A stretch of DNA of 64,000 nt, taken from NCBI GenBank assembly GCA_038496445.1, contig JALMLS010000640.1:62001-126000 (forward strand), given 5' to 3'. The translations under genes were made by a program, and so were the position numbers. This document shows positions 24,382 through 35,546 of the stretch, piece by piece. The DNA comes from Trichosphaerium sp. ATCC 40318 (taxonomy: Eukaryota; Protista; Tubulinea). Each line of letters opens with the position of its first letter. Positions within the stretch are counted from its first letter, which is position 1. A model generated the notes under the pieces. That model did not search any database, was not told the origin of the DNA, and saw only the letters and a list, made by a program, of their open reading frames with translations.

Positions 24382-26182
24382 ATGCGTTGGAGCACTTTTA
24401 AAGAGTAAAATAAATAAACGAAATAAGTGGTTGACTAACGTTACTGAAAACGGACAATATGAAAAACTAAAGCGTGTGTAAGGTTTTTTAGACCAGAAAG
24501 GCTTATTTGATTTTTATTAACTTTCTGTTAACTATCAGAAATATCACGATGGTTCTTTTTCGCCACTTGACGTTATCTTCGAGGAATAATCCACGTTCGA
24601 AAATTTTTTATTTCGAAAAAATCACAGCAGAATTGCTATGAGGTACCTATTTTGTAACCTTTTAGAATACAAAAAAAATCTCTAAATAATATTGCTAGAT
24701 GGCCAAAAAATTCACGTGTTTTTTTGGGACAAGTTCATTGTTGGAGATACAAATTATGATTCTCTTAAACGGAACCTATAAGCTTTACTTGTTATTGCCT
24801 CTCGGATTATATAAAGTTTGCATTCACCATTCAATACTATTCAAAAACTGCACTACACACAACACCACCCTAGAAGAAGGTGTAGATATTTAATAGCTAT
24901 CACAACAAACACTGCGTTAAACAAGAATGAACAGTGTGACTATCTACAACGTACAACAACTACATAGATACCCAGTGATTAAATCAGACCCTTCTACGGT
25001 ATCTTCACGTGCAGCCAACCGTACGATTCTTCTTTTTTTTTTTGTTCGACTAGCTAAAACAAACGTACAAAGTTCAATTAAACCTTCAAAACAACTAGTG
25101 AATACTTTTTTACGCTTTGTTCCTTCATCTGGCAATTACTTTTCATGTTTTGTGACCGGAAAACTGGCTTCGAAGTCTTTCAGTTACTTCATTCAATCTA
25201 ACACACGTGCGCTAATGATATATAGGTACTATAAACGCTGAACAGCATGATTCCTCTTGTTGGACAGCGACAGCAATAGTCAGGAAAGATGTTAATGGCA
25301 TTAATCTTGTTCGCAAAGTAGGCGAGAGTACAAACAAGGAGAAAGGCTTTAAAATAACTCAAAAATCATTAAACCAGAGTTTGTCGTTTAGCTTCCTCTA
25401 TGAAAATGAATCAGAAGGATGGAGCAACCATAAGTACGTTCGAAACCTATCTACAAAGAAATGACTAAACAACAAAAAGTTTCAAAGTAATATCTCGTCG
25501 ATACAGCAGTGTGGAGTTCGAGTCCTCAACAAAATCGTGGCGTATTATCATGGAGATAGCACCATGCGCTGATAGGAGGTATATCGACATTATAGTTAAA
25601 GGGAGGTTTAACAGCAAATCAAAAGGACGGTAAGCACATGACGCATAACAAGCTCGTACCATTTTTTCTAATAATTTCTGTAAGGCATCTTTTGGAGATA
25701 AAAAACTCTTCCAGAAAAACAGTCCTTAGATGCTTTATTACGGTTATTCACAGAGGAGTACAGGAGAGAAAAGAAGCAAAGAAAAAAAAAGAAAAACAAC
25801 GTGAGAAGTGCGAAATCAAAGAGGAACCAGTCACGTGTTCAGACAAATCACAACAATTAGCCACGCCCATGGAATGTGATATTAAACAAGATGTAAACAG
25901 ATGCTTACAGCAAGATTTATTCAAGGTCCTTGATAAATGTGATGAATCGTTAACCACACACTCTACGCCAATGATTATTGATCATCTACACCATCGGGAT
26001 TTGATCGATGAAAAAATGTATCTACCAGTACGTGAAATTGTTTGTTACTTTTGTGCTTGGCACTTCTAATAGTTTTTTACTAGGAGTTGCAACCACTATT
26101 TAACACTGATGTATTATCTATAACAGACAGATCCTATAGACAGTGTTTGGAATTAGTAGGATTTAATGAAATTTGCGTCTAG
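24382..26182 (+). CDS. Hypothetical multi-exon protein (beta-rich domain followed by a basic helix); 5' structure uncertain
   Basis: Exons 25246-26182 splice into one frame (...YIDIIVKGRFNSKSKGRHLLEIKNSSRKTVLRCFITVIHRGVQERKEAKKKK...) if a GC donor at 25322 is used. Confidence 0.4.
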
Positions 26183-26472
26183 AGAAACAGCTATAATAAA
26201 GTGTAAAATTATGGTAATTACTAGTTAAAATTGCGACCATGTATTTATCTACAACCACAAGTTCTTTTACAACTAAGGGGAGATCAATCTGATGCTACAG
26301 CGACTATAGCTGACGCATGGACTTGTAAAAGGTTGTCGTACTAACAAATTAATTATGAAGTAAAGCTTAACGCACATGAACAAGTAAATAAAACACTAAT
26401 GAGTTACTTGAACGCATACCATAACAGAAAACAGGTTAAACATGTATTTATTGATGATGCTACAAGTTGTTT

Positions 26473-28897
26473 CTAAAGCAATAATAGAGATGATAAGATC
26501 ATAACAAAGGATGCAATAGCTACGTTCAAAGTTGATGCAGGCTAAAGAAAAAAATACATAAGCATCAGGCAACAGAGAACAAACAAGAAAAATTTCCGAA
26601 ATAAACAAGAATAGACGTACGCTCGCATTTTCTCCTCTTCCAGCGATTGTGGATGACACGTGAACGTTATCAACATAAAAAGTTACAAGATCTTCTTGTC
26701 TTGCTTGGATCATAAATCCTGTACCATCAGCTCCACCTTTGGTGAGAGACCCAACAGGAATCGTAACCTACAAAGAAAAAAATTTTAGTTGACGTTCGAA
26801 AAATAAAGGGTACTTACTCTTGTCCATTCGTCTTTCTTCAATTCTCCTGGACTTGGTGCTGCAGCACTATCTGGTTGTCCGCCATTATTAGTATATATAC
26901 CAATCTGTATCTTAATATCCTTATCGGCACGCATCCACATGTTGAGGTTGTCGTCTGCAGCTAAACATTTTGGGTTGCTCTAAAATATAAGTTAGCTCTA
27001 TTGAAAACGAATACAAAAACACCACATACGTCAGGACAGACGAACTTGAGGCCACCCCAAGCACCAGTAATTTTACCACGACCAGATGTAGATCCGCATT
27101 TGACCGGAGATTCTACAATACTAGAAAAGGTAAGCACGTGCACAATAAAACAAAAATAATGAAAAAGGCCTTTTTTTGTGATCTGTGTTTTGTGAAGTTA
27201 TTAAAAGATACGTACGACCATTGACGATTCCAACCTTGCTCTTGGACTTTATTTTCAAGGTCATCCTCAAAAATATTAAAGCCACTGAACTCACATTCGC
27301 CACTACCACTGCTACCACTTGGTGTTGGAGTAGCTGCAGGCGTAGGCGTAGCGGAAGGTGTTGGTGTAGCTGAAGGAGTTGGAGTGGTTGCTGGTGTTGG
27401 AGTAGTAGCTGGTGTTGGAGTTGTTGAACTTCCACCGAATTGACTTCCAGTATCAATGTATTGAGTAGCACGGTTGTACATGTCTCTTGTGACAGAGAAA
27501 GTGATAGTCTCGTCAAAGATGGACGTAACACGAGCAGTAACTGGGAAGTTCATCATAGGAGCTAATCAAAAATAAGTTAGTTTTTTAAATGACAAACTCA
27601 GTAAGACTACATACTCGGATTGATGAACCTGTTTTGGCTATTTTCTCTTGTTAGAGTTTTCCAACCACCCTATGGCAAATATTAGCACCCAAGCAACATT
27701 CGTTGTCAAACAACAAAGAAAAGAGAACGACGGTGCTTTTTCAGAAACATAAAATTTTGATGAATGCAACGTACAAGGTTAAGTTCCATAGATTTAATAG
27801 GGTACTTGTGATTTCTAAGACTGATTTGACTGTAGTAGATGTTGTTCTCCTTCAAAGCAATTTGGATACCACCTGCGAAAGAGTACGTGAGCGTCAAATA
27901 AAAACAAAAACAAAGCAAAAAATCCTAAGAACAAAGTTTTTCTTTTGAAAAAATAGAAAACAGTTAGAGTCAGGTACCTGTAGTAGGACATGGAATACCC
28001 TTCCAGTCAATTACACAAATACCACTGGCAGCTATGGCAAAATCGACATGATTGTCTGTACACTCAGGACACAAGTTTGCAGCGAAAACCTTCAATGGAA
28101 CGCCTCTTGGGATTTCTGATCCGCATCCGCTACCACCCGTTGGGTGTACAGTCATTTCAGCGCACATTCCGCATTTTGCAACGAAATCACTCTAAGGGTT
28201 GACAAGTTTCATTAGAACGAAGTTCTACAAAAAAAACAAGAAAAAAATGATAACGGTTATCAGTTTCTCCTACAAAACCACGTTTCATTTCGTTTGAAAA
28301 AAAAACTTTTCAACGTACAACACCAGGTCCAATTGCTACTGTGTACATACCAGAGGTACCTAGGAATAACTTAGAGACCATACCCAATACACAAAATAGA
28401 ACTGGGTACGAAAAGAACAAAAAAAGTCTAGTAACGAACCTGATTCTACAGCGGCACCCATTGGAGTCCAGGCTTTATTACCAATTTGACCAAAACTACA
28501 TGGTCCGTTGCTTCCATCAACTATGGAACAAAAACGTTAGTCCCGGTTTGTAGGTGATATTTTCGAAATGTTTGAAATTGTAGTCTGCTTACAGTAACCG
28601 TATTGAGTCATCTAAATATAAATTGTTAGTTTGGGTCCATATAAATATCATGTCACGTGACAAAAAGAAAAAAATATCATCTTGAACTTTACTTTTGGCT
28701 CGTTTTTACAAACAAACGTTCAGTACCTTTTTACCAAGAGCTCCATCGCCCTTAAAGAGAATATCTGTCATATCTGAAATGGTTTGCGCATTTACGTAGA
28801 CGCATAGATGGCTATGGGCGAAAAACCAGTCAGTATAAATATGATGATATGTAGCGAGCTACCAGAGAACCAACAGAGCGAGAATCGTTGCCTTCAT
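26473..28897 (-). CDS. Expansin-like (DPBB + CBM63-type) secreted protein with PT linker, extra CBM-like domain and GPI-type tail
   Basis: Signal peptide; GPCSFG, TVAIG, CGMCAEM, NLCPECTDNHVDF, LRNHKYPIKSMEL, FPVTARVTS; (TPTPA)n linker; hydrophobic C-terminus VAIASFVMILSSLLLL*. Confidence 0.82.
27310..27425 (-). repeat. Coding 18-bp tandem repeat encoding a Pro/Thr linker
   Basis: About six imperfect units of TPTPA(T/S). Confidence 0.8.
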
Positions 28898-29819
28898 GTT
28901 TTGAAAAATGGATTTTTAATGAAAAAACGGCGTACACTTTGTACTAGCGTTCAGTGTACGTTGTACTGGCGTACCCTAAAAGTAACAAAAAGGTAGAATA
29001 TAGGTACGTCAATGCACTATGCAGTTCGTGAAGTATGCAGTATTTTTTTCAGCCGAGAATCGCTAGAATGAAGTCCAAACTTAGTGGTAGGAAAGCTCGG
29101 TCACTTCTAGAACCCTACGCTAGCTTGTTTATCTGCTACAAAGGCATAAATAAATGTGCAACGAGCTCCTATAGAAAGGTACAACGAAGCACAAGCAACA
29201 CAGTTACAGACGTGAATGTAGGAGTACATGATATTGCTTATTTTAGCCGAAAGGAACGGCTCTAAACTACAACCGTACCGCCCACCCTTTAGAGTAACTG
29301 GTACTTTACGGCAATTGCTACAGGTGCACAAAACCATACCACAGTATAAGACCCATTTGTAGGATTCGCTAGTTGTCATGGGTAAATACTTGTACACCGT
29401 GTAAGTTATCTAATACCACTATGATTGCAAGGGTTAGTCTAAAAGTTTTTTTTAGGTTCGCCTCTCATTTGATGGCTTGATAGCGTTGGTACTGCGTATT
29501 ATTGATCACCAGTGCATTGTAACTAGGCCCACTAGCGGAAAATTAAATTCTCCTTAGTATGTGGCCCTAGCCGAGGACAAACTCGTACGCACGTGCTCAA
29601 CATAAGTATCTCATGGCAATATTTAGAAAAGAACACAACGCGTGCCAGTAACTGTACCCTTTTTGAGGTGTACTTTGCCTTCATTTGTATTATCTTTCTA
29701 TGTAGTTACGTTCACCCTGCTTCCTTGAAGTGTTGAAGGAACTGAAAAAAACGACAAAAACTAGTACTCAGTTGCTAAACAAGACTTTTTTGGGTCCTAG
29801 ATTCAGATTACTGCAACCA

Positions 29820-30347
29820 ATGAAGGCTATATTCCTTATTCTATTCGCTATTACCTCTACCTACGCTCTCGATAGCTATACATGCGAATTTGAAGGAAAG
29901 TCTCTTCAAACTGCGGTATGCCAGTGCACTGGGCTAGACTTTGCATGTTGTGCGACCGCTTTCGTATTACGTAACCAACTATACATTGACAGCCGAAAAT
30001 CATTATCTAATGCTTTACTAGGCGAAAACCAAACATCACACGCTTGTACCTTCGATTTTGGTAAACAAGAATGTTTTGCATCAAGCAATTGCACTGTAAA
30101 CGTCAAAAAAGACGAGTATAAAAGCGTTATTTGCGCGAAGCTATCCCAAGAAGAGTGCTTTCAAATGAACAAAGTCGTGGAGATTGCAGAAAATTCAAAG
30201 TATTGTCCTTCTGATGCTCGTAATATAGCATACAAATGTGGTTTAGAAACCGTTAACAACAATCACTTAGCGTGCGAGATGGGTACCGATGATATATCTA
30301 CAGCAGCATCTTCACGCATAACGTATAGACCACCAAAATGTGAATAA
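29820..30347 (+). CDS. Secreted cysteine-rich protein (intronless)
   Basis: Signal peptide MKAIFLILFAITSTYA and many Cys residues. No family recognised. Confidence 0.7.
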   Translation: MKAIFLILFAITSTYALDSYTCEFEGKSLQTAVCQCTGLDFACCATAFVLRNQLYIDSRKSLSNALLGENQTSHACTFDFGKQECFASSNCTVNVKKDEYKSVICAKLSQEECFQMNKVVEIAENSKYCPSDARNIAYKCGLETVNNNHLACEMGTDDISTAASSRITYRPPKCE

Positions 30348-30864
30348 AATTCATTTTGACACAAAAGAAATACATTTTTGCAGAACTCGGTATCTTCAAC
30401 ATAGTGACCTAAAAAACATGAGTTGTCTAAATCAGAACGAAAGCAAAAGTGATAAGTAATAGCCAAACGATGTAGTTAATTTCCTGACGGATGGCCTGCT
30501 TCCCAGGTAAAATCCTACAAAATACTAAGATCTCAATAAATTCGCCGTTGAAGACATTGTTGGTGTGACTGCACGTGCCCAAGTCAATAAACCATCAGAC
30601 GAATACGGGACACAAAACAAACATTGTTCTGGCGAATGTGAAGATGCTACTCTTGTTTATACGCTGTAGTGCAACCATTCCTAGTACCACCATCAAGTGC
30701 GAATGTAACGACCCGCTAAGAATTGAAGTCACGTAAATCCGTTTAAAAGTACGCCCCACAGAATGACCACTGCACCGACAGGAGTAAGTGTTGCCGCTTG
30801 GCTGAAAATGTGCCCTTGAATCGAGTCTTATCGTTTCTTTCTGTTTAGACTTCACTAGTAAAGA

Positions 30865-31116
30865 ATGAGCGTACATCACCCTTCCCTTGCTACCAGAGCC
30901 GCTTGGGTTATCGGCGCTGGCAGTGCAACTGCTTTGGTCTTTTATATCTACTCCAAAAACTACTACAGACCGTTCATGGATAATATCGAGGGCGTACCAG
31001 AGTATGTTCAAGAGCTAGAAGAAATTCGCTTGAGAAACTACAACCAAGGCAAAAAGGAGATGGAAGACCTAGCGAAAACAACAAAAGACCCTAATGACTT
31101 CCTCAGAAATATGTGA
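30865..31116 (+). CDS. Small single-TM protein (83 aa)
   Basis: Clean ORF with one hydrophobic helix (AAWVIGAGSATALVFYIY) and a charged tail. Confidence 0.55.
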   Translation: MSVHHPSLATRAAWVIGAGSATALVFYIYSKNYYRPFMDNIEGVPEYVQELEEIRLRNYNQGKKEMEDLAKTTKDPNDFLRNM

Positions 31117-31711
31117 AGAAGCCCTGCAAACGAAACAACAAATCGCGAGCTTTTTAAGCCTTTGTATTCAAATTACAACCTAAATTCTTCATGTATGACA
31201 ATGCGACAATATAATTAATGTTTCTTAAACGTTGTACGGTGTATTCTGAAAGTAAGTGAATTTAGAACCTTGTAGTTCTTCTCCACGAGTAGGAGCGTAC
31301 AAATTAGCGATAAATGCGCAAAAAGCCCAAAAGAATTGTTTTAGCCAACAAACTCGCCTCGTATTAGACATACTGTATAGTAACAGCTAAGACTAACACT
31401 ACAAGCTAACTCCTAACAAAAAACAAAGCCATTTCTTAGACCTACGCGTGTCGTAAGGATAAATTTTGATGGTGTCAAACTGATATTTCAAGCCTTTCCT
31501 TTCATCATACGCTATGGTACAAGTAATAAAACAGTAGTTTTGGGGAGTAGTGATTAATTTTTTTTGTTTCTTTTTTGGCGTTTTTTTTTTCTACACGTAT
31601 TTTTTTCTCATTACACACCATACAAAATAAATGGCAAAGTATCTTGGAGTCCTTGTATTGGACTTTGAAAAGAAAAATGTTAACCATTTTGTTAAAAAGA
31701 GAGAATAGGAT

Positions 31712-32861
31712 TTAAGATTTGTTAGGATTGGCCAACCATTCTCTGTGTTCTTCATAAAGATCGGTAGCACCCTTAGCTTCACGCTCTTGGACATCTTTCC
31801 ACCATACCTTTGGATGAACCATTTTAAAGACCTAGTAAAGCGCCATTAGATCAAAACGTCAAAACAATTTTTTGAAAACATAAAAAAGTGTTTCGCTATT
31901 AGTTGGATGGTGTCGTCGACGTACTTGACCGCAATCCATACAAATCATTGGTTTAGCTTTTTGAAGTTTATGCCAGGTCAATTTGTGACCTAAAGCACCT
32001 GGACCACCTGTACATGGGTCAGCGATCAAACTCATTGCGGACGAATAGCCTTTCATAAAAGCAAGCGCTAGGCGGTAAGATGCGTACCAGGGCATCCAAC
32101 GAAGCGCTCTTCAAAATAAGAAGGAACAAGGACTGGATCGTCAACTGTGCCAAATTGTGAACCTTGAGCGTAGGTAAGCATAAAGAAAATAGTAGTCATG
32201 GCGTTAAGATGTTTTAACAAATAATCTGGAAGAGTTTAAAAGTTTTGTTGTTGTGTTGTCGTATTTTCTTAGCGCAGCAAGTGACTAAATAATGCTATTG
32301 AGTAGTATTTATGCTTTTGTACGCTGAAAAGCGATTTTGGTTGTAAATAGAGTGTTTTTTGGTAATAATTCTTTCAATAATGAAATAAACCCGTTGTAGA
32401 GCGAAAAATATGTTACCTCCAAGAGTCCAAGGATCTGGGATATCCGGTGTGTGTAGCTCATCAAAAACAGCGTGTACAACACCTACGGTAATATTAACAC
32501 TAAATTGCGGTTGATACAACTGATCAGAAATGATGCGCCTCACTGGCTTCTACTTGCCCGCTTTTTGCAAAAATTCACGGTCGTCAATAGATGTGTCTGA
32601 AATTATTCTATCTAGCTCTTCCTTGGAAACTCTAATTGGATTTTCTAGGCGCTCTACTTCTGTTTGTTCTTCCCATGTGGTTGGGACCTTTCCTGTCTTC
32701 TTTCTCTCTGCGTCTGCAGCAATTTTCTCTTCTTGAATGCTCTCTGGCAATTTATACAGGTTATCTTTTCTAATTGATCTCACAGATACGGAAACTGGAG
32801 CTCGTTTTGTTCTTTGGACCTGTGTGGTCTTTGTAGCCCTAAGTGCAAGGCGGCTCAACAT
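31712..32861 (-). CDS. COX5B: Cytochrome c oxidase subunit Vb
   Basis: Mitochondrial presequence MLSRLALRATK; FGTVDDPVLVPSYFEERFVGCPG...HKLTWHKL...ICMDCGQVFKM Zn motif. The first intron is GC-AG. Confidence 0.92.
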
Positions 32862-33167
32862 TATCTCTACAAACTGAAAACTAAAGTTGACTTTTTTTTT
32901 TATCATTCTGGCGATTTTGAGGCGTTAAAAATCTTCGTTTTAGGTAGCTCAAACGCAAGGTTAGGTAGCGACGCGTGTATTGACGGCAAAACTTTCGCTA
33001 TCAATTGCTTCTGGCCGAAATTACATTGAGGATACCCACGGTACGGTGTATATGGGCAATGAACAACCTGGCAACGTTTTTGGTGGGCTAGAAATGTCAA
33101 AACGAAGGAATACACCTGATACGCATAGCTTGGGCCTATATAGCACGTTGCGGGAACCATACATCCG

Positions 33168-33192
33168 TTTAGTTAGTTAGTTAGTTAGTTAG
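33168..33192. repeat. (TTAG)n microsatellite
   Basis: About six tandem TTAG units. Confidence 0.9.
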
Positions 33193-33322
33193 ATGAGAAA
33201 AACGAAGTATGTTCAACCATTAATGTGCCACTATACTCATTGAAAACAAGAACAATAGTTTTTATTAGTCTATGGGTCTGATTATCTGTTCTTGTCAAGT
33301 TTTCGTAAAGGGATGCAACTTT

Positions 33323-34205
33323 TTAGCAAGTTGGATTTCCGCAATACTGGTTTCCTGCATCAAAGCATGTGTGCGTATTACAACCACAAGGTACGATCTT
33401 GTCATGATTAGGAACATTTCCATTACAGCAATTTATATTAAGGGCCATACATGCCACCACAGCTCTGTTGCATCTGTAACAAGAAAAAGACTGTTAAAAA
33501 AAATCACGTGACAACAAAAAAAGCGTACGCTCTGCATGAGCTACTACCCCAAACCCAACTTACTGCCGTACATCCATGAGTTGCATAGCATTCATCATGA
33601 ACAGCACAACAAGGTGTAGTACAGACAGTATCAGGGAAACTGTCGCATCCAGGTTCATCACGTTTTTTCGATTTTGGCAAAGTGCCTTTGTATTGCTCTT
33701 TTCTAAAAGTGACAACGTACTCTATCAACAAAAACAAAAGGGTAAGAAAACGAATGTCGTACGGGAGGACAATTCTAAAAAAACAGTACCATTACTACAT
33801 CCTTCGGTTACCGCGCAAATGGTTTTGTAAATTGGTTCAAGAACACCTGTAATCAAGTCGAGTTCTAGAAGACTTGTTTGAGTTTCAACTCCGGAAGAGG
33901 TGAAAGACATTATTTGGTACGTACCCACGTTATTTCTATTAATAGGTACCCAGTCGCGTACAACTTCTCTCCCATCACGTGAGAAGTTATAGGCCATCTT
34001 GTACTGTTCTGTCTTGAAACTTGTTGAGAAAACAACAGAGAGCGAACATCTTTGGTTGCTGCTTGTAATGCTAACTTTAGGAACAGCTTCTACCGAAATT
34101 AGTAGCACTAAAAGAGAGGTGTATTAGTAGCTGATGCTGTAACTTATTAAGCTTTAGCGTACGTGCTAATAAGGCAAGTGAGACAAAGAGAGATGTTGTT
34201 ACCAT
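33323..34205 (-). CDS. Secreted protein with C-terminal sPLA2-like domain
   Basis: Signal peptide; KKR processing site; CCAVHDECY matches the CCxxHDxCY secreted phospholipase A2 motif; Cys-rich tail. Confidence 0.7.
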
Positions 34206-34387
34206 TGGGGTTTATGTTTTTGTTTAGACAAAACACAAAAAAAAAGATCACCGGTTCACTTTTTTTACACCGGGGTTGGCATCCGACGCAAAATTCTGTG
34301 TCATGTGGGTATATCGCATATAGATATGGATAAAACTAGCTATTCACAACAAGTACTTATCACGCTACTAAATGATTCACAAACATA

Positions 34388-34395
34388 TCCCATAA
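34388..34395 (+). promoter_or_regulatory. DUSE-like snRNA upstream element (TCCCATAA)
   Basis: Exact WCCCAYAA match in intergenic DNA, about 60 nt upstream of a candidate Sm-site RNA. Confidence 0.45.
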
Positions 34396-34450
34396 ATAAA
34401 TCCCGTGCTTTCTTTTTGTGAGATTGAACTGAGGTTCAGTTTTTACCCTC

Positions 34451-34548
34451 AAACGGATTCGTAATACAGCAACCTTGATTTTCTAATAATAAAAGCAAAC
34501 GATTTCATCAGCTGCAAGGTAATTTCTGATTTGTAATTATAACAATAA
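34451..34548 (+). ncRNA. Candidate Sm-class small RNA of unknown family
   Basis: DUSE at about -63; stem ACCTTG/CAAGGT directly followed by Sm-like AATTTCTG and a weak 3' hairpin. Confidence 0.35.
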
Positions 34549-34629
34549 ACTGCCAAGGCCACTATGATTGAAAATAGAATTATGATGATTGATTATAATT
34601 AGAAGTTTTATTGTACATTTGCTTGATTA

Positions 34630-34881
34630 CTAGACGCCGGTGTGTCCTATTGTATAACCTGGTACACAGTACATCTCTTCTACATATTGAAACTTATCTT
34701 GATAGTATACAAGTGCTTCACGTAAGATGAGATTGTCCTTTTGAATATCTTTTATTTCTTTTGTAAGTATTTTCAGTTTAATTGTAAGTTCATTATTTGC
34801 TCTTATTATATCTTCGGATGTGTCGCCTTTTACTATTGGAATATTTTGTACATTCAAATTAGGATCGTAAATTACTTGCAT
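34630..34881 (-). CDS. Hypothetical small coiled-coil protein
   Basis: 83-aa ORF with a heptad pattern (NNELTIKLKILTKEIKDIQKDNLILREAL). Confidence 0.45.
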   Translation of the reverse strand: MQVIYDPNLNVQNIPIVKGDTSEDIIRANNELTIKLKILTKEIKDIQKDNLILREALVYYQDKFQYVEEMYCVPGYTIGHTGV

Positions 34882-35546
34882 TGTTGTAGAGTTGTTGTTG
34901 AGGTGGTGTGGCTGTGAAAAATATGACTATTCATAGATAGATGTTTGATTGATTTTCTTCGAGTTTCCGTGAATGTGCTTTGCTCGATACATTGTCGCTA
35001 CAGCACTAAAATGAGTACCAACGTTGTGTTGTATCAAAATAAACGGAGTGATTGATGTTTATGGCAGTAGTGATGTTGATTGATCATGATGTGATTAAAA
35101 ACAATCAATCTCGTTGATTGATATTAACAAAACAATAATTTAGTTGATTGATAGGCAACAAAAGGTTGATACCCTATCTGTCCAAGCAACAAACACAAGC
35201 ACTGCAAAACAAGTGATGGTGAAACACTCTTGTGGTGCTACAACCGTTACAGTTCGAGAAAAAACATTAAGCTAATATGCGTATATTTTGCTATTTATCC
35301 TCTTGGATGCAACAAGCGTATTGAAGTAAATACATTAAAGAACGATATCTTATTATAATTTTACTTTATTTACAACTCAATCACGAAGTTCTGTACATTT
35401 CATTTCATTTGTTGTTCAAATCATTTAAATTTTTTTCAAATATAAACGATGCTGTAACTTTGTTCCATCCATGATGTTTATGGCAATGATATCATAGTTC
35501 ATAAATGTCATGATAGTTTTCTACTGTTAAAGAGAATACGCGGAAG

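Noticed and set aside
33168-33192. Telomere-like repeat
   Set aside because: Only ~6 TTAG units at an internal position with no G-run; an ordinary microsatellite.
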